The notes under the pieces were generated by a model, which did no database searches, was not told the origin of the DNA, and worked only from the letters and a program-made list of their open reading frames with translations. From Candidatus Uhrbacteria bacterium CG10_big_fil_rev_8_21_14_0_10_48_16 (lineage in GTDB: Bacteria; Patescibacteriota; Patescibacteriia; UBA9934; GWF2-40-263), in the NCBI GenBank assembly GCA_002793515.1, contig PFEU01000015.1:1-58957 (forward strand): 58,957 bases of DNA, in the 5' to 3' direction. Of the stretch, positions 10,171 to 21,547 are shown piece by piece (position 1 is the first letter of the stretch; every line of letters starts with the position of its first letter). Both the position numbers and the translations under genes were made by a program.

Positions 10171-11010
10171 TTATTCGAGTAGACCTGGGCCATTTGGATC
10201 ATAGCCAGACGCGACTTCGTCCCCATCTGAATACCCATCTCCATCCGTATCAGGATTCAATGGATCCGTTCCATACTCAGATTCTTCCAGATCTGTAAGA
10301 CCATCTCCATCTGAATCTTCATCTTGAACGGACGGCTCTGTGTCCTGTTCTGAAATAGACGTGAGAACAAATTCTAGACAGGTGTCACGATTTAACTCGT
10401 CTGACATTTGATCACAATAGATTCGATCTAATGAGTCATCCGCCAGATCCTGCAAACGCAAGTCTTCGCACTCTGCCGAACTTCCTTGGGCGACACACGT
10501 TTCATACGTAAGCGGAACGGAAAGTGTTTTTTCACACCGGCTTCGTTTTAGAGAGTTCGTGATCAAAGAACAGGAGGTAACATCTCTCGTCCTTAGAGCA
10601 ATATCTTGATACACCCCATCCACACAATCCAACTGCCACGCTGGTTCTTCAATTCCCTGACAATAGAGAACATCCTCCGCCGATCGTGCAATAGCCCAGT
10701 AACAATTGTCTTTCCCTTGTGTTGACTCAATCGTATCACACACCTCAGATGAGGTATGAGCTTGGGCAAGATCTGTCATGACTGATAGTAAACACGTCGC
10801 CTCATTCTCAGCCAGTTCGCACTTCGTACTGGCATTTGATACCTCCTGCGAACCAACGGTTTGTGATAACAATAAGTCGTCCTGACTATTGTAGAAGACA
10901 CGGAATCCTACAAATACGAGTAACAGAATCAATAAAACGACACCCGCCACTAAGGCAACAGGTTTCCAAGAAATTGATACTCCTTCTTGTGGGTAGTCAT
11001 TCAAATCCAT
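10171..11010 (-). CDS. Membrane-anchored Cys-repeat protein with TSP3-like repeats
   Basis: N-terminal TM, periodic Cys pairs, and C-terminal [12 protein letters not shown] and [13 protein letters not shown]. Confidence 0.82.
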   Translation of the reverse strand: MDLNDYPQEGVSISWKPVALVAGVVLLILLLVFVGFRVFYNSQDDLLLSQTVGSQEVSNASTKCELAENEATCLLSVMTDLAQAHTSSEVCDTIESTQGKDNCYWAIARSAEDVLYCQGIEEPAWQLDCVDGVYQDIALRTRDVTSCSLITNSLKRSRCEKTLSVPLTYETCVAQGSSAECEDLRLQDLADDSLDRIYCDQMSDELNRDTCLEFVLTSISEQDTEPSVQDEDSDGDGLTDLEESEYGTDPLNPDTDGDGYSDGDEVASGYDPNGPGLLE

Positions 11011-11013
11011 AAA

Positions 11014-14000
11014 TTATTCGTACGGACAGTAGGTCAAATTAATATCACTAAACTCCATAGACCCAGAGCCATAGAAGACGTTTCGCAGAGGAACCGTTTG
11101 TTCTGTGGACTGACAGACAAATCCTTCTGGAAATGGAAGTTCTTTATCAGAACCTACCTGAACTTCTCCTGTGGTCGTTGTCGTATCTCCAGCGGTATTC
11201 GTTGCCGTAAACGTCACATTTGTTCCCAGAATCGAGTCAACAATTGCCTCGTACATCAGAGAAATTTCATCCGCACTTGAGGCTGAGTAAGCATAGTTCC
11301 CTTCACAATCAGTCACGCTTGTTGTACTTGACCAACTACAGGTATTACTCGACATGTGCGCCATGTATCCCTTCAACGATGAACTCGTTGTCACCGCAGC
11401 TGAATAAATAATGATATCTGATCGTGGAATTCCTTCTGATGAACCATCTATCAAATTATCAGCAATTTGAGCCACACACGCAGAAGTGTTAGACCAATCC
11501 TGTGCAGATGGATAATTTGACCAAGAGTAACCTGAACATTCATCACTCGTTGAAGAAGAAATAGAGAAGGAACCGTTATACCCTGGGTCTCCATCAGAAA
11601 GAAGAATGATGATCTTCACTTCTGCTGTCGAACTCGAAAGCACGCTAATGGCCTCCTCAATTCCATTATAGGTAGGAGTTCCACCACCGACAGCGGTGAG
11701 ATATTCACCGATGATAGTTATCAGACTAGACTCTGAGCTCAAACCGCTCAATCCGATATTTGTTTCTGACCCATCCGTTACACTACAAGAACCACTCGTA
11801 TCCGTGTCACTGTCACATTCACTACTCGAATAACAAACTTCTCCTGGATAGGGTCCTCCACTACATATTCCTGTGCTTCCTGAAAAAGAGACGAGCGAGA
11901 TCTGCATATCAGCCCCATTCCCTGAATAGGCATCGAATAAATCTTCGACCGCATTTTGCGTTGCTTCAACCACGTAGTCGATGCGTCTAACCCCCACAGG
12001 GGCACCATAGTTCTCACAGACATAGCCAGTCCCACACTGAGAATCAGACGAACATGCATCTCCGTCGTTTGATCCACCATTACAGTACTTGCTTGCATCC
12101 ACATCCCAGTCCATACTTCCTGACAAGTCTGTCACAAAGACGATGTCTACGTCCGGTGGAATGACTTCAGAATCATTTACGTCCGCGGTAATCTTCGTTG
12201 CCACATTACACGCAGGAATATAGAGTGCCGCATTGTCTGGTGAGTCCCCTTCGTCATTCAAATAACTGTACAGACTGATTGAGTCTGAAGGACTTGAGCC
12301 TGAGATCTCGCTTTGAACGAGCAAGCCTGTTGTTGCATACGCTGTTGGACACGATGACCCACAGTCATCTGCACAGTATGGAGGGACACACTCACCTCCC
12401 GAACAACTATTTGTATCGTATAATGTACTATCAGAAAGCGAAGAAGGAGTCCCTCCTGACCAACTATCGTAATTGAGTGTACAGTAATCTCCATTTTCTG
12501 TTCCTCCGTTACACACACCTAGCCAGTGACAGGTGAACGTATCACCAGAACTATTTGTGGTTGTGTCGTACGTATCGTCACAGGCGGTTGAAACCGTACC
12601 AGTTGACACATCAAAATATTTCAACTGCTCGGAATAGGTTCCGTCACAGATCTCTGAGCCATTTACTTCCAAGTCTCCACAGTACCCCCCTGAAGCACTC
12701 TTATACTGACAGATTGAGTTACAGTAATTACAGGTTCCTCCGTAAGAAGCTTCGCAGACATTTCCATTTTCTATTCCATCATCACACGACTCAAATCCGA
12801 CATTGACGTAGTCATCTCCACAGATGTTCAACTCACACGTGTTCAAACATTCATCATTATTTGAGGTGTTTCCGTCGTCACACACTTCATCTCCTTCCAA
12901 TTCTCCATTTCCACACACCTGATCCCCTCCAACCGGACCGGTCCAAGAAGAAGGCCAGTCACACGTCGCGGAGCATGTACGATAACGGAAGAGGTCATAG
13001 GTATTTGTCGAACATGTCGCCCCTGATCCTGTACATTCTGAATCTGAGGTACACGCATCTCCCGCATCATCTCCCCCGACACAGATAGACCCTGTTCCCG
13101 GAGCCGTTGTAGCCGTTGATGATCCGCACGTATCTCCACTGTCACAATCACTGTCGGACGTACAGGTTGTCACAAGATCGGAACAGAGTTTTCCTTCCCA
13201 TTCCTCATAATCTCCATCACAGTCTTCTGATCCATTCACGACCCCATCCCCACAAGAAAGCCCTGGGAGGGTACAGTTATACGAGCAGTTATTTGCATTC
13301 AAATCATACTGACCGTTTGAGGTCGCGCACCACGGTGAACTCGTTGTCCCTGTTCTGTCTGGACCGATGGTCGTCCAACTTCCAGAGTCCGCTATGAGCG
13401 TGGCATACGTGCTTGTCGTTCCACAATCACACTGCTCGCTGGAAGCAAGGTACCCATCTCCACAAGAAAACGATCCTGTTACGGTACATGTATCACTACA
13501 GTGACCATACGTTCCGTTTAAAGATCCATCATCACAATCCTCACCGGTTTCAACCACGCCGTTTCCACAACTATAAGGGGAACATTCTGCTCCAAAAGCC
13601 TCAGCTTCAGTTTCTGTTTGATACGCATCGGTCACGGTTGATGCTGAAGCTCCACAATCGCTATCACACGCAACCGTGATCAGCCCAGCATTTCCGTCTG
13701 CATCCGTACAACCAATCGTCATCGTATCCCCGATCTCACAGATCTCTCCTGCTCCCTGTGTTCCATCACCACACAAAGCAGAGTCTCCCCATAAATTTCC
13801 GTCACAAAATACCGGTGACGTTGAAAATCCGGTCAAGACCGTCGATGGCGCATTTCCTGTTGGATACTCAACGTAGATCGTTACTTCATCAGTACTATCG
13901 GTATCAATCGCCCGACTCCATGCATTTTTTCCAGCAAGTTCAAGTTGCGCATACAGACGATAATCTTCTCCTCCCACACTCTGGTACCCATACAGATGAG

Positions 14001-17000
14001 AATTTTCAGGACACATAAATGTTCCTGCTTCTCCATTCCAACAAGATGCATCGTCAAACCCCTCTGCGGAACAGTTATAGAATTCATTAATAGGATCCGT
14101 TGGGAGTGCCGTGCCTAGTTCATTGGCAAAGGCAGAATTCCATGAACTCCAGATAGAGTTTGTCAGGGCTGGAACAAACGTTCCTGATTGAACCTCTGGG
14201 AATCCAGCGACACAAACTTCTGCACCTGGACAATCACTGTCCTGATCACAAGACTGTCCTTTTGTGACATCACAGTGGCCGTTCTCGTCTCCGTACGTAT
14301 CAATCAATGCCGACATACTCGTCACATCGATCAATCGTTGCATATCACGGGTCAGTTTTGCTTTTTGCGCATCGCAGATAATCGTGCTGTCCTCAAAACT
14401 CTCATAACAGTCACCGTCCCATTCACAACTGACATAGTTTCCAGAGTCATCGGTTGCATAACTCTCATCCGTGCTGTCCTGACATAAGTTGATATCCGTC
14501 ACCTCATCTGTATTGGCATTGAATCGCCAGTTCTCCAAAATCTGTGCGAAAATCTCCTCTGCATCACTGCTTGCGTTGTCGTTGTACGAAACGATGTACA
14601 TGTTTGGATAAATGAAGGCGTCTGATTCAACAAGATTGGCCGATGTTGCATAAAGCGTATTTCCAGATTGAACGGCCATGTACCCATCAAGTTCTGTCTG
14701 CGTGAACGCCCCGGTGAACTCCTGTTCTTCTGCCCATTCAGATGGAGAAAGATAGCTGGCATTTGAAAGAACTCGAACCCCGATGGCATCACTTGATCCT
14801 TCAACTTTAAAGATAATCTCCTGAATAATTCCTGAAGATGAAAGAGACGTCACGTCAATTGGCTCCCCGAGAGACGGAAGGTCATCTCCTGTGTCTTCTG
14901 GATCTCCAGCATCACGACAGTAATAGAATGAGAAGTTGCTTGGAAGCTCATCCTCCACATAAGGGAACCCAAGACTTGAATCTAGGGCTGGCCATGGATT
15001 CTCACAGAGGTTTGCGGTGACTTCTAAGGTCCCCGACACGGTTCTTGCCGAAGACGATTCACTTCCAGCCGTACTTGGATCAAATAATTCATCCACGGTG
15101 ATCGTGGCGGTACTCAAGACAATTTCTCGACCAGTATATCCAGACGCGGTGTAACTACGTGTTGTATCCTCTGGATCCTCTCCTTCAACTGCGACGACAT
15201 CTCCTTCTTCGCCGTCCGTTTCTGATGAAGTCCAATTCCAATCCCACTCATACAAATCCGTAATCGGTGAAATCTCCTCGTATCCTCCGGAACGATACGT
15301 TTGTGGAGTAGAAACAAACGCATGTTCTTCACCCGTCGAACTGAAGTACTGAATACTCAGCGACTCATAATCCTCAACAGGCGTGATTCCTGTATCTTCC
15401 AAAAGCACACGATCTAGATCACAGATTTCTTCTCCGACGGCAAAGGATTGTGAGAAGTCTTCATCTTCACAGTCGTCATCAATACACAACGTGACATTAT
15501 TCTCGCTTAAGACTCCCGTCTTTTCCTCATCGGAAGAAACGTCATCTCCCACCACCACAAGTTTATAGACAGCGTTCTCTTCTAAGAGCGATCCATAACG
15601 CAGATACACACGGGAAGTTCCATCTGCTTGTTCTACGGTTTGATAGGTCACGGAAACATGACACAGGAATGTACTAGATGCATTCACGTCACGACCAAAG
15701 AGACCGAGAACAAATGACTTCACCCAATGCCATACTTTTCCTCCAAAACCGATCTCTGCTGAACCCGTTGCCCCTAGATAGCCAGACGGACAGTCCTCAA
15801 TGGCACTAATCGTTTCTTGCACTCCATCTCCATCGGAATCAACCGACACGAGATCGAGATACAAATTCGCATTGAACTCATCTTGACCAATCGTTCCGTC
15901 GCCATTTGTATCTTCTGTCTGATCGAACGTCGCCTCATTCATGGTTTCTGAAAAATCAATCCAGACCGCACTATTGCGACAGAATCCGTCATCTGTTCCA
16001 GACGCAAAAGCGGACGTATTATCTCCTGGATACAGAGCTCCATGCGTTGGACGTTCGTAACAACAGTTACTATCTCCACATCCCAAACCACCGGCACCAC
16101 ATGATTGATCTGTGGTACACGAACAGTATAACCGGAGGGTTGCGTCATCCGTCACATCACCATCTACCGTTACAGAAACCGTTGAAACAGCATATCCTGT
16201 CTCCTCATCAACTTCTGTTGGAGCTCCTGTTGCGACTTGCGCCACACCGTAATCTCCTGTTGAAAACGATGCAGATGAAAGCGCATCACACTCTTCTCCA
16301 ATACCTGTCGCGATCCCATCCCCACAAAACGATGGCGTCGAGTACCCATAGGAAGACCCAGACCATAGACAGCTGTTTGAGCATCCTTCCTCACTGTCAC
16401 ACTCCTCGCCTGTATCCACATCTCCATTTCCACAACAATTCAATGAATCTGCGGTTGGGCAGACACTTGTTCCTTCGTAAAGACAAGCAGAAGAACATCC
16501 GTCTCCTTCGGCGGAATAATCCCCTGGATCACAGTCCTCACCGTCTTCGACGACTCCATTTCCACAGGTCGCATAGATATCGGTTTCTGCCGTTGATCCT
16601 TCAATAAGACAATTGTTTGAACAGCCGTCACCTCCTGAACTATTTCCATCATCACAATCTTCTCCTCCTGTGTTTGCCACCCAATCCTGTGTTCCATCTC
16701 CACACACAGATCCAATCGCGCGAGCCCCTTCGTTTTTACATTCCGAAGAACATCCATCCCCATTTAAGAGATTTCCATCGTCACAGTCTTCTCCTCCTTC
16801 GCTCGCAGACCAATCGCGTGTTCCATCTCCACAACATCCTGAACCCGTAATTTCACAACTATCTCCTGAAGCGTATGGACACTCTGTATCAGATCCAGAA
16901 CAGCTATCACCTGTGAGAGAACAAGCCCCTACACAAGCACCTGAATCACACGCTCCATTATTTGAGCATGATGCTTCTGCGTCTTCAAAATCCTCACACA

Positions 17001-20000
17001 CCCCCTCGTCTGAACAGCTTCCACTTTCACAATCTACGCCATCCGTACATGCTTCTCCTACGTCTGTCGCTGAAGAACAGACAGCACTTTCACACGACTC
17101 TTCACAAGATGAATCGTTTGTACACTCAACCCCAGAACCCGCGCAGGCTGAATCGCACTGAACATTTCCTTCATTCAAACATTCAGCAGAACACCCGTCA
17201 CCATCTTCAGACCCTCCATCATCACACTCCTCAGAATCTTGAATGATATCATCTCCACACACCCCATCGGCTGTTGTGACAGGAGCTCCTGCGTTCAAAC
17301 ACGCAGCCGTACAGTAACTTGGAATATTCGTTGTTAATTCGATGGCACCATTCGAAATCATGTAGGACACAACCTCATCTGATTCCACAGCGCTTGATGC
17401 AACACCATTGCTGTTAGGAACATCTTCTGAAGTCCATGGCTCCCAGGCAAACGAACCTGATTGGAGTGTTTGACCTTGAGCGGAACAGTCGTCTGGGGCT
17501 CCTTGTGCAGTTGCCTCAAATTCTGCTCGCTCCCCAACGTAGCTCATGGTCGCGAGCTCTGGATCAAGAGAAATCGAATCAATAGCACAACTCACGGCAT
17601 CATTCTTTGTCCTAAAAATCCAAGAGAAGTCATCTTCAAAGTAACGATTTTCGTCCGTTCCATAGTTTGAACCAGACTCAGAAAGAGCCACGCCTGTTTG
17701 TGAAAGCACAGCGTCACCGGAAACGACCACTCGATACCAGGTATTTGGTTCCATGGTTTCCCCATCCTCGAATTGAATAGAGAACTTCTGTGTTGTAGGA
17801 CTATAGCTAATTGAATCAACAAAATCGGCTTCATCAATTCCAGAAGTCTCGCACAGTGAATTGTCACAACGATACAACGTAACACTGTCTTCATCGATCG
17901 TTGTTTCACTCATGACCGTATTAAACTCCGCCCAAGGCAACGCATTCACGCAGGCGGTGGTACATTGCGGGAAGTAGTCATCAATTTCTGGATCGAGGAA
18001 ATTAATCGTCAATGCTCCCTCTCCGGAAGGATCGTTCTCTGCATCCGTAACCGTGGCCGTAATAATCGCTGGGTCGCCCGCGGATGTCTCACTCTGAGCA
18101 TAGACCTGGTTTGTACAGATCCCTGACCACGCAGAGGTTGGGATCAGGACATGATCGCTCACGGAATCCCAGTACAATTCGTAACCCGCACAACTTAAGG
18201 CCACACATTGATCATTTTGTGCGGTCAGTTGAGCCGTATAGTTCACGTAATCTTGTTCTCTTTGCGTATACTCACCAGGACGAACATTCACATCCCCCAC
18301 TTCACAGGGAGCATCCGAAGTACTCGTGGTAAATTCCCACGTATAATCTTCTTCCATGTACCCCCCATCCGCACTCCTGATCTGATCAATCCCCTGCAGA
18401 GTCACACGATAGAGAGTATCTGTTTCAAATTCTCCTGTTGGATCCCAAGAAAATCCCGTTTCATCCGGCGTTGGCATGGTTCCAGGAACCGCTTCCCAGG
18501 TGGTACATGCTTCCTCTGCCGTTGCCGTACATTTTTCTACAAGAACCGTTGAGGTTGTAAGCGTTGAGGCATCCATGGCCATATTAAATTCGGCCTGCAC
18601 GCTTGCATTCATACAAATGTCTTCCGGGTCACTCCATCCCTCCCATGGGGAAGGCGATGTCCCATCTTCATCACACTGAACAATCACTTGCGGAGTATTT
18701 GGGGTAATTCCGGTCGTCACTTTAAACGCATAATGCGCAGACACCTCTTCTGTCGTATCACAGGTAGAGGAACATGAACCATCTGAACAACAGCTCTCAC
18801 CCTCAGAACACAAATCAGCATCCTCACGACAATCCCCTACTTGAAAGGTGATTGAATTAGATGAATAGCCATTCTCTGCTTCTTCCACAAATAGCGGGCC
18901 TGTCACCGCATCATCTGGAATAACCACCGAAGAAATCTGATCATTTTCCCAAAGACCAAAACTCGCATCTTCTACTGAATAGAACGTCACGGTTCCATCA
19001 TCTGAGCCCAGATTTTCTCCGTATATCGTAATCTCCGTGTCAGCCGGACCTGCGGACGGATTGATATCACAAATGGCCGGACCTGGGGTGTCATCGAGCA
19101 CGACAAAATCTGTCGCCGTTGATTCATTTCCATCCGCTCGCTCTACTGTTACCGCATGCGTCATGGCTTCAATCGCATCTTCTCCTTCTGTAAGATACGT
19201 CTCTGGCACCTTTACCGTAATGTACGTGTCATGCCAAAAATCATCTCCACATACATCAGGAAAATCTGTATCTCCCAATGCGGTATATCCTAATGTTTCA
19301 TTTTCAAAATTGATCGATCCTGTTGTCGTTCCAAATCCTGTTCCGTAAATCGTTACATATTGACCTGGTGGCCCCCAATTCACCGCATCATCACACGTGG
19401 CCCCCTCGCTACAATCGTCATCATCGCCACAATGCACATTATCGTCTGAACAAGCTTTCCACCCTGAATCAATAGAGGAAATGATCGGATCAGATGAACT
19501 CAATACATCCTCCGCCGTAAAGGCAACAGTATTTGAACCAACACGAATAGACTCGCATGTTCCAGCATCCTCACCACAGTCATCATCGCTATCACAGTAA
19601 TCGAGCGTCTCCGAACACCACGAAGTCGCACAACTCTCGCCAGCATCTGTATCGCAATCCTCATCTTCCGAACATGTCTCTCCTGTCTGTGCCCCGTCCG
19701 TATCAATACACACATAATCCCCTGTAAAAACTTGTGCACGGTAATTTCCTGAGTTTACATTAGGAACAACCACTTCAAGACTCTCGTCTGCCCAAGAGAC
19801 ATAGGAACTCGTCTCATAATTTGTGAAATAAAACGTTGAGGATCCCTGAGAGGAGCCAAAACTGTTTCCATACACATCAATCGCACTTCCATAATCGTCC
19901 GCATCCGGATCAAGCGCACAGATTCCTGGACGCGCGATGGCATTCACGTCAAAGTCTTGAATCGATGGACCATAATCATCATCCGTTCGTTCTTCTTCCG

Positions 20001-21543
20001 CTTCTGCGGTCACGACTGAAAGCGGACCGTCAACCGCTGAACCAGGAACTTGCACAATAATCTGACTATCTGACCATTGAACTGACGCATTACATTCATA
20101 CGCCGAAGCCGTCACGTCATCACCGCTTTCTGTCCCTAGGAAATAAATGGTTCCTTCCTCATCTCCAAATCCTTCTCCAGAAATCGTAATAAGATTCCCT
20201 TCCGCTCCGTCCCCAGGAGAGACGCCTTCGATCTTTGGGACAGTGACACACGCCCCATCGATACACTGTCCACTGGAACAATCCGCGTTCTCCGTACAGG
20301 CATCGCCGTCACATGATCCACAGTAATACGCACCCGACGAGTCACCTCCACAATCAACATCTGTTTCTCCGAGGTCTGTATCAAGAACTTCGTTATTACA
20401 GTTGGAGGCACGGAGAACAACAGTGACACGACTAGCCGTGTCTGTATTTCCGGCACAATCATATCCCGTGGCCCAAATATCATACTCCTCATTTGTGGTA
20501 TAGCCTTCCGTGTCCCATTCTTCCGCTTCATCCGCATAGAACGCATTCTCTGCATCTCCACCCGTGAGCGCTCCTGCCGTTGAATAATCGACTCCGGATG
20601 AATACAGAGCTTCGTCGTCATCAATCAGATAAAAATCAACCGTTGAAACACCACTGTCATCTGTGGTCATGGCCTGAAGCAGTTCAATAGAACCTGCGTA
20701 GAAACTTTCTCCGTCTTCTGGCGCGTCCATTTCAACCGTTGGGTCTGCAATATCAATCTCGCTTCCAGTCGTGAAGCTGAACGAACATGGATAGGTCGTT
20801 GTACAGGTAAGAGAAGACCCTAAGGTTGATTCAAGAACCGTCGAATCAACATCAACCGTATAGGTACTTAATGCATCGAAACAAAACTCGTCTTCGTATG
20901 GACTCTCACAGGCTTGAGAGGGGGTGAACGTCACGGTACGACTTCTCACACTGAACGTTCCGTCAACCGCGTCCCCGCTTTCATCTCGAATGAGAATTCC
21001 CTCCTCGACGGTATCTGAATCAACATTTTTTGAAAAAACAAACTGTAACTGAAGGTTCTGCAAGGCTTCTGCACACTCCGTATTTGCGGAACTCAGATAA
21101 AATACCGAACTTCCTCCCCCATCGGTATACCCTCCTGAATCAGAGGGGGACCCTGAAATATCGCCACCCGTAGCCCCCACAAGCGCATTCAAAATAAACT
21201 GTGCAATCGCAAAGCTGGCAAAGACCAGAACAAGACCAATCACGGAATTGATAATGATCTTTTTGGCTGTTTTTACACGCTCTTCATTTCCCCCTGCGGT
21301 CATCCAAACAAACCCTCCATACACCATGAAGGCCACCGTCACCACTCCCACCACGGAAATGGCGGTACGAATGAGGCGGGCAATGATCACCGTGATACTT
21401 GCCGAGGTAGAAAATCCTGCTGTCTCTGCAAAAGACTCAAGATTCACATCTTGCGCCGATACAGGGACAGCAAACAGAATTCCCGCACTGAGTGCCAGTG
21501 CGAGGAACACACCTAGGATGGATGAACGGTTGAGTCTACGCAT
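11014..21543 (-). CDS. Giant (~3,500 aa) Cys-rich surface protein: VirB2/TrbC-like pilin, Ig-like (Big_5), IPT/TIG, DUF4215 Cys-rich repeats, pseudopilin-like domain and C-terminal vWA
   Basis: One uninterrupted ORF. Signal peptide ends PVSA. Pilin motif YGGFVWMTAGGNEERVKTAKKII, IPT motifs such as ITISGEGFG, and many CGDG/CGNG...EECDDGN...GDGCS..C repeats. The vWA MIDAS is VFVTDLSGS...GGTPT...LLSDG. Start set at MRRLNR (21543). Confidence 0.9.
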   Translation of the reverse strand: MRRLNRSSILGVFLALALSAGILFAVPVSAQDVNLESFAETAGFSTSASITVIIARLIRTAISVVGVVTVAFMVYGGFVWMTAGGNEERVKTAKKIIINSVIGLVLVFASFAIAQFILNALVGATGGDISGSPSDSGGYTDGGGSSVFYLSSANTECAEALQNLQLQFVFSKNVDSDTVEEGILIRDESGDAVDGTFSVRSRTVTFTPSQACESPYEDEFCFDALSTYTVDVDSTVLESTLGSSLTCTTTYPCSFSFTTGSEIDIADPTVEMDAPEDGESFYAGSIELLQAMTTDDSGVSTVDFYLIDDDEALYSSGVDYSTAGALTGGDAENAFYADEAEEWDTEGYTTNEEYDIWATGYDCAGNTDTASRVTVVLRASNCNNEVLDTDLGETDVDCGGDSSGAYYCGSCDGDACTENADCSSGQCIDGACVTVPKIEGVSPGDGAEGNLITISGEGFGDEEGTIYFLGTESGDDVTASAYECNASVQWSDSQIIVQVPGSAVDGPLSVVTAEAEEERTDDDYGPSIQDFDVNAIARPGICALDPDADDYGSAIDVYGNSFGSSQGSSTFYFTNYETSSYVSWADESLEVVVPNVNSGNYRAQVFTGDYVCIDTDGAQTGETCSEDEDCDTDAGESCATSWCSETLDYCDSDDDCGEDAGTCESIRVGSNTVAFTAEDVLSSSDPIISSIDSGWKACSDDNVHCGDDDDCSEGATCDDAVNWGPPGQYVTIYGTGFGTTTGSINFENETLGYTALGDTDFPDVCGDDFWHDTYITVKVPETYLTEGEDAIEAMTHAVTVERADGNESTATDFVVLDDTPGPAICDINPSAGPADTEITIYGENLGSDDGTVTFYSVEDASFGLWENDQISSVVIPDDAVTGPLFVEEAENGYSSNSITFQVGDCREDADLCSEGESCCSDGSCSSTCDTTEEVSAHYAFKVTTGITPNTPQVIVQCDEDGTSPSPWEGWSDPEDICMNASVQAEFNMAMDASTLTTSTVLVEKCTATAEEACTTWEAVPGTMPTPDETGFSWDPTGEFETDTLYRVTLQGIDQIRSADGGYMEEDYTWEFTTSTSDAPCEVGDVNVRPGEYTQREQDYVNYTAQLTAQNDQCVALSCAGYELYWDSVSDHVLIPTSAWSGICTNQVYAQSETSAGDPAIITATVTDAENDPSGEGALTINFLDPEIDDYFPQCTTACVNALPWAEFNTVMSETTIDEDSVTLYRCDNSLCETSGIDEADFVDSISYSPTTQKFSIQFEDGETMEPNTWYRVVVSGDAVLSQTGVALSESGSNYGTDENRYFEDDFSWIFRTKNDAVSCAIDSISLDPELATMSYVGERAEFEATAQGAPDDCSAQGQTLQSGSFAWEPWTSEDVPNSNGVASSAVESDEVVSYMISNGAIELTTNIPSYCTAACLNAGAPVTTADGVCGDDIIQDSEECDDGGSEDGDGCSAECLNEGNVQCDSACAGSGVECTNDSSCEESCESAVCSSATDVGEACTDGVDCESGSCSDEGVCEDFEDAEASCSNNGACDSGACVGACSLTGDSCSGSDTECPYASGDSCEITGSGCCGDGTRDWSASEGGEDCDDGNLLNGDGCSSECKNEGARAIGSVCGDGTQDWVANTGGEDCDDGNSSGGDGCSNNCLIEGSTAETDIYATCGNGVVEDGEDCDPGDYSAEGDGCSSACLYEGTSVCPTADSLNCCGNGDVDTGEECDSEEGCSNSCLWSGSSYGYSTPSFCGDGIATGIGEECDALSSASFSTGDYGVAQVATGAPTEVDEETGYAVSTVSVTVDGDVTDDATLRLYCSCTTDQSCGAGGLGCGDSNCCYERPTHGALYPGDNTSAFASGTDDGFCRNSAVWIDFSETMNEATFDQTEDTNGDGTIGQDEFNANLYLDLVSVDSDGDGVQETISAIEDCPSGYLGATGSAEIGFGGKVWHWVKSFVLGLFGRDVNASSTFLCHVSVTYQTVEQADGTSRVYLRYGSLLEENAVYKLVVVGDDVSSDEEKTGVLSENNVTLCIDDDCEDEDFSQSFAVGEEICDLDRVLLEDTGITPVEDYESLSIQYFSSTGEEHAFVSTPQTYRSGGYEEISPITDLYEWDWNWTSSETDGEEGDVVAVEGEDPEDTTRSYTASGYTGREIVLSTATITVDELFDPSTAGSESSSARTVSGTLEVTANLCENPWPALDSSLGFPYVEDELPSNFSFYYCRDAGDPEDTGDDLPSLGEPIDVTSLSSSGIIQEIIFKVEGSSDAIGVRVLSNASYLSPSEWAEEQEFTGAFTQTELDGYMAVQSGNTLYATSANLVESDAFIYPNMYIVSYNDNASSDAEEIFAQILENWRFNANTDEVTDINLCQDSTDESYATDDSGNYVSCEWDGDCYESFEDSTIICDAQKAKLTRDMQRLIDVTSMSALIDTYGDENGHCDVTKGQSCDQDSDCPGAEVCVAGFPEVQSGTFVPALTNSIWSSWNSAFANELGTALPTDPINEFYNCSAEGFDDASCWNGEAGTFMCPENSHLYGYQSVGGEDYRLYAQLELAGKNAWSRAIDTDSTDEVTIYVEYPTGNAPSTVLTGFSTSPVFCDGNLWGDSALCGDGTQGAGEICEIGDTMTIGCTDADGNAGLITVACDSDCGASASTVTDAYQTETEAEAFGAECSPYSCGNGVVETGEDCDDGSLNGTYGHCSDTCTVTGSFSCGDGYLASSEQCDCGTTSTYATLIADSGSWTTIGPDRTGTTSSPWCATSNGQYDLNANNCSYNCTLPGLSCGDGVVNGSEDCDGDYEEWEGKLCSDLVTTCTSDSDCDSGDTCGSSTATTAPGTGSICVGGDDAGDACTSDSECTGSGATCSTNTYDLFRYRTCSATCDWPSSWTGPVGGDQVCGNGELEGDEVCDDGNTSNNDECLNTCELNICGDDYVNVGFESCDDGIENGNVCEASYGGTCNYCNSICQYKSASGGYCGDLEVNGSEICDGTYSEQLKYFDVSTGTVSTACDDTYDTTTNSSGDTFTCHWLGVCNGGTENGDYCTLNYDSWSGGTPSSLSDSTLYDTNSCSGGECVPPYCADDCGSSCPTAYATTGLLVQSEISGSSPSDSISLYSYLNDEGDSPDNAALYIPACNVATKITADVNDSEVIPPDVDIVFVTDLSGSMDWDVDASKYCNGGSNDGDACSSDSQCGTGYVCENYGAPVGVRRIDYVVEATQNAVEDLFDAYSGNGADMQISLVSFSGSTGICSGGPYPGEVCYSSSECDSDTDTSGSCSVTDGSETNIGLSGLSSESSLITIIGEYLTAVGGGTPTYNGIEEAISVLSSSTAEVKIIILLSDGDPGYNGSFSISSSTSDECSGYSWSNYPSAQDWSNTSACVAQIADNLIDGSSEGIPRSDIIIYSAAVTTSSSLKGYMAHMSSNTCSWSSTTSVTDCEGNYAYSASSADEISLMYEAIVDSILGTNVTFTATNTAGDTTTTTGEVQVGSDKELPFPEGFVCQSTEQTVPLRNVFYGSGSMEFSDINLTYCPYE

Positions 21544-21547
21544 GTAT

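Noticed and set aside
11014-21543. Repeats in the giant ORF as a CRISPR array or DGR
   Set aside because: The repeats are degenerate protein-level Cys motifs. I saw no identical spaced DNA repeats, no adenine-specific TR/VR pair, and no cas or reverse transcriptase gene in the window.
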